DNA from: an uncultured virus (IMG/VR IMGVR_UViG_3300027374_000252)
Taxonomy: Duplodnaviria > Heunggongvirae > Uroviricota > Caudoviricetes
Reading direction: 5' to 3' (one strand)
Virus record (IMG/VR): IMGVR_UViG_3300027374_000252
Length of the DNA stretch: 64,000 bases
The notes under the pieces are model-generated. The model ran no database searches. It was given only the letters and a program-made list of their open reading frames with translations, and was not told where the DNA came from. Numbering within the stretch: the first letter of the stretch is position 1; each line of letters begins with the position of its first letter. The position numbers were made by a program, and so were the translations under genes. Shown here piece by piece: positions 54,424 through 61,931 of the stretch.

Positions 54424-55640
54424 TACTGTGCCTTTACGTCATCGACATATACCACGCTTCCATCACTGATGAACTCGCCGTCTTTATTGGCAACTTTCTC
54501 ACAGAAGGAGATTTGCTTCTTGAATATCTTGGCAAGTTCCTCATCGGTCATACGGCTGCCCTCCTTTGCCCACCACATCATAAGCACCTGCATATATCCG
54601 TTGGGGTTGAGTATGCGGATTTTCTTAGTGACTTTGGCTTTGGGCTGATAGGCCGGGGCGGTTGCCTGTGCGAGGTCGAACAGCGAGGCAGCTTCGGCAC
54701 CTGCTTTCTGCACTTCCTTTTTCTTGGCTTCCTCCTGCTCACGTGCGATGCGTTCAGCCTCTTTTCGGGCAAGTTCAGCCGCTTCACGTTTCTTAATTTC
54801 CTCAGCAATGCGCTTGGATTCTTCTTCAGATGCTTTGGCGGCACGTTCCAACTCAGCTTTCTTTGACGGCAGCTTGTCAAGTATTTCCTGACGGTAATCG
54901 CCTATTTCAAACTTGTATTGCTCAGCAAACTGAACGATGAGTCGGCGCATCACATCTCCACGGATGTTGCGTGACTCGTCCGGTGTGAGATTGAAAGGCA
55001 TACGCACTGACGAGGGAGGACACCAATCAGCAGGAAGTTCTACGGCATATCCGGCGACAGTATCATACACTGCCTTGTAGTTGTCGAGATTAACGCTGGT
55101 GTTGAGGTCGGTCAGTTCGTTGATACGAGCCACAACAAGGTCATTGAACTTCTGCCTGTAATCATCCTCACAAGCATTGCGATACTGTTCACGTGCCATA
55201 TCTGCCTGACGTTTTGCTTCTTCAGCTCTACGCTTTGCTTCTTCCTCCTCTCGCTTCTTGGCTGCATACATATTGCGGAACTGCTGGAGCTGATAAGGGA
55301 TTGTCCCGGCTTTTGTGGGGTCTATGTCGTTTTCAAGCGCTGTAAACTCTTTACGCACTTGGTCAAACAGCTTGGTCACCGGCGAGCGTAGTTCGGTCAT
55401 GGCTTTAACAGTGCGTCGAGTGCGTTCCAAGTAGGTTGCAGCGGTCTTGTCAAGTTCATCTGTCATTCCTTTTTCCTTGATTTGCACAAGGAGGTTCTCA
55501 CATGCTCTTAAGCAATTGTCATGTGAAAGCTGGTTTTTACGAAATGACTCCGGGGTGTTACGGACAATTGCGTCTACGTTGTCGGCAGATGCGGCTATTG
55601 CCAATGCCGTTGTTGTCGGTTGAATGACTTCATTACTCAT
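54423..55640 (-). CDS. Coiled-coil phage protein of the recombination module
   Basis: ELRSPVTKLFDQVRKEF and long E/K/A helices. Confidence 0.7.
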   Translation of the reverse strand: MSNEVIQPTTTALAIAASADNVDAIVRNTPESFRKNQLSHDNCLRACENLLVQIKEKGMTDELDKTAATYLERTRRTVKAMTELRSPVTKLFDQVRKEFTALENDIDPTKAGTIPYQLQQFRNMYAAKKREEEEAKRRAEEAKRQADMAREQYRNACEDDYRQKFNDLVVARINELTDLNTSVNLDNYKAVYDTVAGYAVELPADWCPPSSVRMPFNLTPDESRNIRGDVMRRLIVQFAEQYKFEIGDYRQEILDKLPSKKAELERAAKASEEESKRIAEEIKKREAAELARKEAERIAREQEEAKKKEVQKAGAEAASLFDLAQATAPAYQPKAKVTKKIRILNPNGYMQVLMMWWAKEGSRMTDEELAKIFKKQISFCEKVANKDGEFISDGSVVYVDDVKAQ

Positions 55641-55660
55641 GATTGAAATATTTTAAGGTT

Positions 55661-56623
55661 TTACCATGTTCCATCATCTGATGATGCGTCCTCTGCGGCT
55701 GGGTCAACGGTGACACCCTCGGAGTGGTCGGCAGGGGCGGAGAATGAGTCCGGCTCTTTAGGAGCTTGTGGAGTCTTGCCCATGTTGTAATAGTCGGGCA
55801 TCTGTTCTTCTTCGGGAAGGTCTGCCTCCATGACCATGCCCTTGCCGATAGGGAGTTTCGGGTAGTTCTTGAATGCGTGTTTTACACACTTGGCGATGAG
55901 GAAGCCGGGGTCAATAGTCCCATTCAGACCGGAGGTGTAGAGGTCATTAGCTTTGGCATTCTCCTTGTCTCTCCTACCTCGCTCATTCTGCTTTAGCGAG
56001 TAGTTGGCAAGACGTTGCCATGCTTCGGAGAGAATGATGGCATAATCGGTAGTACCGTCAAGACGTGTAATTTTCATGAAGCAAGCCATTGGATTGCCGG
56101 GATTATGCTTGATGTTGAGGCCATAGGTCACTTCCTTACGACCGTTGCGCTCAATGTAGCTGAACTCGTCACCCTCATATACCACTGTAGGCGTGTCGCA
56201 ATGACGGATTTGTCCGGCACGTTGGCGCAGGAGTATTTCACCGTAACCGGTGACGGAAATGTATGCACGGTTCTCCCACGCTTCGACAATTTTGCCATTT
56301 CCATCACCCTGTGATACTTTCGTGCTTCTGTTGAGGAGGTAGCACATTGCCTGTGCGCCCGGTTCAAGGGTGAGGTCTTTGACGGCAAGGTCAACGTATG
56401 CGAGGAACACGGAGATAGGAGTGACATTCCACTTGTTCTTGTCATCGATGATGAGGCGGTTGATGAAACGTGACTCCCTTTCGGCGAATGCCTCACCGCC
56501 CTCTCCATGCACTTGGTTGTAGAGGGAGACGATGTGTTGATGCACATAGGAGTTCACGGGAACTTCCCACGGCTTCAGCGACTGAAGTTTGCTGACTGTA
56601 TCAGCGAATTTGTTTGTACTCAT
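55661..56623 (-). CDS. RecT-like single-strand annealing protein
   Basis: LTLEP..CYL, ISVTGYGEI, VVYEGDEF, AKCVKHAFK..P, acidic tail. Confidence 0.8.
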   Translation of the reverse strand: MSTNKFADTVSKLQSLKPWEVPVNSYVHQHIVSLYNQVHGEGGEAFAERESRFINRLIIDDKNKWNVTPISVFLAYVDLAVKDLTLEPGAQAMCYLLNRSTKVSQGDGNGKIVEAWENRAYISVTGYGEILLRQRAGQIRHCDTPTVVYEGDEFSYIERNGRKEVTYGLNIKHNPGNPMACFMKITRLDGTTDYAIILSEAWQRLANYSLKQNERGRRDKENAKANDLYTSGLNGTIDPGFLIAKCVKHAFKNYPKLPIGKGMVMEADLPEEEQMPDYYNMGKTPQAPKEPDSFSAPADHSEGVTVDPAAEDASSDDGTW

Positions 56624-56747
56624 GACTGAGAGATTTAAATTATTAATAACTTGTTGACAACCTCCGGCTCGACTGATAAAAGGGCGGCACTGCCAAGCGG
56701 CAAATGCCGCCCATCAATCAATCATGAGCAGGACGGATGTCCTGTTG

Positions 56748-56870
56748 TGGGAAGTGACGGACTCGAACCGTCAATCGACAGCATGGGGATGCTGTGTCGT
56801 GGCGCTTTGGTGGAAGGAGCGGTGGCCGGCGCTTGGACTCTGCGGATTCCGTTATCGCAGACTTCTTCCC
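56748..56870 (-). ncRNA. tRNA-like element 1 (degenerate, expanded)
   Basis: Perfect T arm GACGG-TTCGAGT-CCGTC; acceptor GGGAAG/CTTCCC-A; no canonical anticodon loop. Confidence 0.45.
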
Positions 56871-57084
56871 GTAGTGCCCCGGATGGTTTGGCTGCCGGGG
56901 CGATGATTTTAGGGAAAGCTCTTTGTCCGGAGCTTTGGTTTTTCGCTGTCATCGGGCGAGGGGGGCATCGCTGCTGACCCTGTTTTGCTCCGTAATTGAT
57001 GGAGCGTTAATGAAGCCTAATGAATTGGAGTTTTTGCCTCTCTTGGCATGGTGTCCTCGCGGATTGGCCTTTGGTGATGTTGTG

Positions 57085-57171
57085 TGGTCCGGAGGGGATT
57101 TGAACCGCTGTCTTGTGCGTGGGGTGTCAGGGTGGGGGTGACGCACTGCTCTTCCGCTGAGCTACCGGACC
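57085..57171 (-). ncRNA. tRNA-like element 2 with oversized anticodon loop
   Basis: GGTCCGG/CCGGACC-A acceptor, GCTC/GAGC D stem, GTGCG/CGCAC stem around a 22-nt C-rich loop, GGTTCAAATCC T loop. Confidence 0.65.
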
Positions 57172-57243
57172 GTGTGAGCCGCCATGCGCTTCACAGCGTT
57201 GCGTGCTCGGTTGATTCACATTGAATTCATGTACCTATTGAGG

Positions 57244-57501
57244 TCAGATTGATTGTTGGTAATGTTGCTGTGATTCAAGTTGCGAGTGCAATTGGTGATG
57301 TATGTGTCGGAGTGGTTGGGGCTGCTCTTCTTTGTGGCGTTTTTGTGGCCGGTGGTTTGGACGCCGGAATGCGGTAGTGTATGCGGCGGCGAGTAGTAGG
57401 AGGCCGAGGAGGTTCCAGAGGGGTGATATGTGGGGATTTTCGTTGAATGCGAGCGAAACTCCGATTATGACTGCTATGGCTGTGAGGATGTGTTTAATCA
57501 T
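57244..57501 (-). CDS. Small two-TM membrane protein
   Basis: MIKHILTAIAVIIGVSLAF..LWNLLGLLLLAAAY. Confidence 0.55.
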   Translation of the reverse strand: MIKHILTAIAVIIGVSLAFNENPHISPLWNLLGLLLLAAAYTTAFRRPNHRPQKRHKEEQPQPLRHIHHQLHSQLESQQHYQQSI

Positions 57502-57536
57502 TGTGGACTGTGTGGGGGTTGTGGGTTGGGTGGATG

Positions 57537-57701
57537 TCAGAGGGTTTCTTGAACGTGGTCGTAGAGTAGCCGGCGGATTTCGGTGAGCTTTGCGCGGGCT
57601 TCGGTGGTGTCGGCGATTGCGATGAGCACGTCGATGTCGCGGTAGTCCCAACGGCTGAAGGTGTCGGCTTTTTCGATGAGTTTGCGGTCGAAGTCGGTCA
57701 T
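57537..57701 (-). CDS. Small hypothetical protein (54 aa; not in ORF track)
   Basis: MTDFDRKLIEKADTFSRWDYRDIDVLIAIADTTEARAKL...; A-rich leader. Confidence 0.55.
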   Translation of the reverse strand: MTDFDRKLIEKADTFSRWDYRDIDVLIAIADTTEARAKLTEIRRLLYDHVQETL

Positions 57702-57815
57702 ATGATTGATTGTTTAGATTTTGTTCGGTGCTCCCCCGGCCACATCGAAGTGACGCTCTGTGCTTGTCGGGGGATTTTTGTAGATTTGCGGCGACCAAAC
57801 CAAAAATTTACAAAT

Positions 57816-58061
57816 ATGATTAATCAGTTCAATCTTGATGATTTGGCTTCCAAGCTATCGAAATTACCTTGTCCGGAGTGTAGAGAAACACATTCTGTCA
57901 GATTGAAATTGGCCCATTCCTCCTCGATGGATCGTCCTGTAGTAAGTATAGGCTTCCCCGACCAAGATACATGCAACGGCTTCAAACAGAAGGCCACGGC
58001 CTTTGCCAACCGTTTCATACAATCCATGAACCTCGGGCCGTTCCCGTTTGACCGGATATAA
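57816..58061 (+). CDS. Moron-like small protein with CxxC motif
   Basis: Own TAGATTTG -7 box at 57781 and A-rich leader; CPECRETH..C. Confidence 0.6.
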   Translation: MINQFNLDDLASKLSKLPCPECRETHSVRLKLAHSSSMDRPVVSIGFPDQDTCNGFKQKATAFANRFIQSMNLGPFPFDRI

Positions 58062-58264
58062 AGCATAGCGAATCTTAACCGTTCTTTTGCTGTAGGCTTT
58101 GGCACTGGTTGGTTCCCTGCCCATGTCAAGGTCAGGGAGGTTGTGTCCAAAAGCCAGAAGCCGTAATGGGGCTGTATGTTTCTTTCCATGACTGTAGTCT
58201 TTAAGAGTTGGCTTTTCTTGCTTCGCTGATTGATAACACGTTCGCTTTCCTCATGATGATTTGA

Positions 58265-58543
58265 TTAGATTCTACTTATTGCTATGTGGGTGGCTGCCCG
58301 GGAGGTGATTTCGGCATTGGTGGGAACTCGCTGTCCAAGCCTCCAGGCTTCTATCTCGGATTTGCGGAAGGATATTTGTCCTTTGTCGTTTTTGTAGTGG
58401 GGAATGTCACGGTCTGCAACCATGTGACGCACTCTGCTTTCTGACTTCTTTATCAGAATGGCGACTTCTTTCACGTTGAGGACTTCTGTGATACTCATTG
58501 AGATGAGTGCTTCGATGCGTTCAAGGCGTTGCTCGATGCTCAT
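58265..58543 (-). CDS. Excisionase-like HTH protein
   Basis: LNVKEVAILIKKSESRVRHMV..IPHYK..FRKSEIEAW. Confidence 0.85.
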   Translation of the reverse strand: MSIEQRLERIEALISMSITEVLNVKEVAILIKKSESRVRHMVADRDIPHYKNDKGQISFRKSEIEAWRLGQRVPTNAEITSRAATHIAISRI

Positions 58544-58568
58544 GACTTTTGGGTTTTAGGGGGGGAGG

Positions 58569-58835
58569 TTATGCAATGCGGGTGACGGTTATGGTTGTTG
58601 CTTTGTGGGTGGTTGGCGGTTGTTTGGGTGGGAATAGTTCTTGTGGTGTGGTGTTGAAGTGGCGTGCAAGTACTTCCTTGGTGAGTGCGTCGGGCTCCGT
58701 TTCTCCTGAGAGCCATCGGCGGACTGCAAGTTCTGTCTTGCGTGTGACACTTGCTACTTCCCGTATGAATGCAGTGGCTGGTGCTATCGGGCGTTGCTGA
58801 TTTTTAGCATGTTGATACTTTTCTAAAAGTGTCAT
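58569..58835 (-). CDS. Cro-like XRE HTH regulator
   Basis: AVRRWLSGETEP..ELFP; divergent from CI. Confidence 0.8.
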   Translation of the reverse strand: MTLLEKYQHAKNQQRPIAPATAFIREVASVTRKTELAVRRWLSGETEPDALTKEVLARHFNTTPQELFPPKQPPTTHKATTITVTRIA

Positions 58836-58868
58836 GTTTTTTATTTGTATTTATTATGATTGTTGACT

Positions 58869-58956
58869 ATCTTTGCGATAGCAGTGAGCTATCATGACGC
58901 AAAGGTAAGAGAATGTTCTGAAAAATCAAAGCAATGTTCTGAAAAATCAAAGCAAT
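58869..58956. promoter_or_regulatory. Lysis-lysogeny switch: face-to-face -7 boxes plus 21-bp tandem repeat
   Basis: TATCTTTG (+) at 58869; TACCTTTG (-) at 58907-58900; AATGTTCTGAAAAATCAAAGC at 58912 and 58933. Confidence 0.65.
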
Positions 58957-58979
58957 TAACTTATTTTAACCGACACCAC

Positions 58980-59687
58980 ATGCCAGAAAGTATAAAAGAG
59001 CGAACAATAGAGTTTGTGAAATACAAGGGCTTTTCGATGAAGACCTTTGAACAGCGGTGTAATCTGTCGACAGGATATGTTACTTCAATGAGGAAGGGCT
59101 TTGGTCCTGAGAAGTTGAACAATGTTCTGATGGCGTTCCCGGAATTGAATAGAGATTGGCTTCTGTATGGCGAGGGCGAAATGCTGAAAGAAACAATTGG
59201 CAACGGCACATCGAGCAGTGCGATTGTATCGGACAAGTCTTTCAGAACATATTTCAAGGAGGAGAATGTGAGGATGGTGCCATTGCTGAACATTGACAGC
59301 GTTGGCGGCATGCATTCTTCAAATGAAGTCGGGGAGTATGAGCCGGAATTTATATTGGACATGCTGCCATTCAAGGGCGCGATTCAAGGCGACGTGGCTA
59401 TTAAGGAGACGGGCGATTCGATGTCTCCGCGTATTCCATCGGGTGCAATCATGCTGCTGCGGCGTGTTATGGAATGGCAGGAGTATTTCGGCTACGGGCA
59501 TGTATTCGTGTTGGTTCTGACTGATGGACGACGTATAACAAAGCGTGTCACAAAGTGTATTGAGAATCCACGAGAGTATGTGCTCTGCGAGTCAATCAAT
59601 CCGGCCTATCCCTCGGAGGAGCTGCCGAAGAAGATGATTTATTCGGTGTGGAAAGTGATAGATGTTCTTGTACATGAAGGATATTGA
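58980..59687 (+). CDS. CI-like repressor (HTH + S24 peptidase)
   Basis: FPELNRDWLLYGEGEM; GDSMSPRI; ITKR; SINPAY. Confidence 0.92.
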   Translation: MPESIKERTIEFVKYKGFSMKTFEQRCNLSTGYVTSMRKGFGPEKLNNVLMAFPELNRDWLLYGEGEMLKETIGNGTSSSAIVSDKSFRTYFKEENVRMVPLLNIDSVGGMHSSNEVGEYEPEFILDMLPFKGAIQGDVAIKETGDSMSPRIPSGAIMLLRRVMEWQEYFGYGHVFVLVLTDGRRITKRVTKCIENPREYVLCESINPAYPSEELPKKMIYSVWKVIDVLVHEGY

Positions 59688-59831
59688 TTTATTGTGTATG
59701 CGACGTATATTTGTTTTGCTTTTCGTACTGATGACGTGTGGATTTATCTTTGCGAAATCTTCAATCAATGAGAAAAAAAGCATGCTGATCGAAGCGCAGG
59801 AAAAAATCATTAAACTGATGGAGGAAAGGAA

Positions 59832-60353
59832 ATGACTACATCAATACTTTGGGGAATCGGTGCTATATTAGTTGGCGCAGTGATATTTTGGGTTTACGAA
59901 TCAATCAAAGCCACAAAAGATCCAAATGTACAGGCAGCATCAAAATTACGGATTTCAATTTCAACCTATAACCGATTGAAATCCCTCTTTGATGCCAAAC
60001 TTCAAGACCCATTTGAAGATGCCATATCTACCAAAACATTCATAGAACTGACATCTGGACATACAAAACAATGGAAACAGATTTGCGAAAACTACGCTAA
60101 AGATTATGTGCCCTTTTATTCCAATAGCAAAGAAATATTTGTAAGGATGGAGGATGATAACAAGCTCATTCGTGGTACGATTACAAACAATAAATTATAC
60201 TCTATCGATTGGTGGCACTATAAAGTTAAATTTGACGAATCGATATCAATTAACAACTGCTATCCATCACAAGAGATTCTTCTATCAAACCGGCAAATTC
60301 GAGATATTGAAATGGAGATATTGCTGGGTAGTTACTGCCACTATCATTTTTAA
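59832..60353 (+). CDS. Membrane-anchored hypothetical protein (immunity region)
   Basis: N-terminal TM; AT-rich; downstream of CI. Confidence 0.6.
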   Translation: MTTSILWGIGAILVGAVIFWVYESIKATKDPNVQAASKLRISISTYNRLKSLFDAKLQDPFEDAISTKTFIELTSGHTKQWKQICENYAKDYVPFYSNSKEIFVRMEDDNKLIRGTITNNKLYSIDWWHYKVKFDESISINNCYPSQEILLSNRQIRDIEMEILLGSYCHYHF

Positions 60354-60367
60354 CAATATATTTCCCC

Positions 60368-60619
60368 ATGGAACTAAAAGACCTCTTGAATGAGAACGAA
60401 GACAAACTATTTGAGGAGTTTGTTTCAATTCCCACAATCAGCCATGCGTTTGACAGACGCAGATTCGTTAAATATGCGATTGTATCCAATGCTAACCGCA
60501 CAGGATTTAACCGGGAGCGAATCCGTGTCCTACGTCAAAAAGGATTTCGTGAACGGGAGATAGAAGAAATGGCAAGAGTCTATGAATGGATCGACGATGT
60601 TTTAGAAGTCTTGAAATAG
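60368..60619 (+). CDS. Hypothetical protein (immunity region)
   Basis: 83-aa ORF. Confidence 0.6.
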   Translation: MELKDLLNENEDKLFEEFVSIPTISHAFDRRRFVKYAIVSNANRTGFNRERIRVLRQKGFREREIEEMARVYEWIDDVLEVLK

Positions 60620-60881
60620 GCTTCGAGCATAACTGACCTTGCGCGCTCGGCTTCATCCCTTGTCCTAAAGAGAAGTCCTTCTGCAAGCAGCTCCTCACAG
60701 CATTTTGTGGCTACTCCGTGCGGACAATCCGACAACCGTTCCGCATGAAGGTCAAGGTCTCTCAGATAGTAGAAATCTTTGTATTTTTCGGGTATTATAA
60801 CTCTCTTGGTAATGAAAAAAATTGTCCGACAAAGATACTACTAGAAACTCATGAACGGACTTATATCTTTAACCTTTCACA

Positions 60882-61008
60882 CCTCTCCCCTCCACCTTTT
60901 TCTCAAATTGTGGTACTATTATGTCACCCGTTATGCTTTAGGACTACTATAACAAACAATAATTCAAATAATTACAAACTTTAACTTACTTTTTTGAGAT
61001 GAAAAAAA
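60882..61008 (+). repeat. attR region; second copy of the 127-bp repeat, contains start codon of the host M48 peptidase
   Basis: Direct comparison with 1-127; ATG at 60999. Confidence 0.9.
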
Positions 61009-61805
61009 CGGCAATTAAATTTTTATTATCGTTCATGTGCGTGGCTGCAGCAGTGCCCGCGTCGGCTCAGTTCAATCTTAAAAAGGCTATCGGCGGTGCT
61101 ACCAAAGCCGTACAGGCCGCTACACTTACCGATGCCCAGATGGCTGAGTATGTAAAGGAATCGGTCGACTGGATGGACAAGAACAATCCCGTCACTCCCG
61201 ACGACAATCCATACACCATCCGCCTGAAGAAACTCACCGAGGGTATCACTGAAGCCGACGGTATACCATTGAATTTCAAGGTATACGATGTAATCGACGT
61301 GAATGCTTTCGCATGCCCCGACGGCAGTGTGCGTGTGTTCTCATCGCTGATGGACATTATGAGCGACGACGAACTGCTCGGCATCATCGGTCATGAAATC
61401 GGTCATGTGATGAAGCATCACTCAAAGAACGCTTTCCGCACTCAGCTGCTTACCGACGCGCTGAAGGACGGTATCGCCTCGACAGGCGGCAAGGCTGCCG
61501 CTCTTACCGAATCGCAGCTCGGCACTCTCGGCTCGGGACTTATCAATGCCAAGTTCTCGCAGAAGCAGGAGAATGAGGCCGACAACTGCGGCTATGATTT
61601 TCTCGTGTCGAAGGGCAAGAATCCCTGGGGCATGGTGATGGCTTTCGAGAAGTTCCTCAAGATGGAGGGTGAGAATGGCGGCAAGTCGTCGTATGTGACC
61701 AAGATGTTTTCATCACACCCCGAGACTCAGGCGCGTATCGACAAGATGACAAAGCGTTGTCAGGCCGACGGCTTCCAGCGTCCCGCCGCCGAGAAGAGTA
61801 AGTAA
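60999..61805 (+). CDS. Host M48 family metallopeptidase (LoiP/YggG-like), signal peptide
   Basis: VNAFACPDG, GHEIGH, FSQKQENEAD, FSSHP. Confidence 0.93.
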   Translation: MKKTAIKFLLSFMCVAAAVPASAQFNLKKAIGGATKAVQAATLTDAQMAEYVKESVDWMDKNNPVTPDDNPYTIRLKKLTEGITEADGIPLNFKVYDVIDVNAFACPDGSVRVFSSLMDIMSDDELLGIIGHEIGHVMKHHSKNAFRTQLLTDALKDGIASTGGKAAALTESQLGTLGSGLINAKFSQKQENEADNCGYDFLVSKGKNPWGMVMAFEKFLKMEGENGGKSSYVTKMFSSHPETQARIDKMTKRCQADGFQRPAAEKSK

Positions 61806-61832
61806 TCGCATCGGCTGTTGCGACAGACAGAT

Positions 61833-61878
61833 ACCATAATAATAGGGCCACCCGACCGGGTGGCCCTATTATTATGGT
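61833..61878. terminator. Bidirectional terminator (22-bp perfect inverted repeat)
   Basis: ACCATAATAATAGGGCCACCCG-ac-CGGGTGGCCCTATTATTATGGT between convergent genes. Confidence 0.85.
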
Positions 61879-61931
61879 CGATTGGGACTTATCGTAGGGG
61901 ATTGTGCCTTAGCAGAGGGGCAGAGTGGACG

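Larger units (their letters stand above)
128..61008. mobile_element. Complete temperate prophage, ~60.9 kb, podovirus-like, Bacteroidales host
   Basis: Integrase at left end, CI/Cro/Xis-like module at right end, full morphogenesis, lysis and replication modules between; bounded by the 1-127 / 60882-61008 repeat; host-type genes begin at 60999. Confidence 0.93.

Noticed and set aside
57085..57171. Functional decoding tRNA or att target
   Set aside because: No 7-nt anticodon loop, a mismatch in the T stem, and not at the prophage boundary
60718..60984. 88-aa ORF next to attR (and ORFs 83-400, 275-466)
   Set aside because: They overlap att arms and promoters and have non-protein-like composition
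128..61008. Stop-codon reassignment
   Set aside because: Genes are intact and densely packed under the standard code; no suppressor tRNA identified
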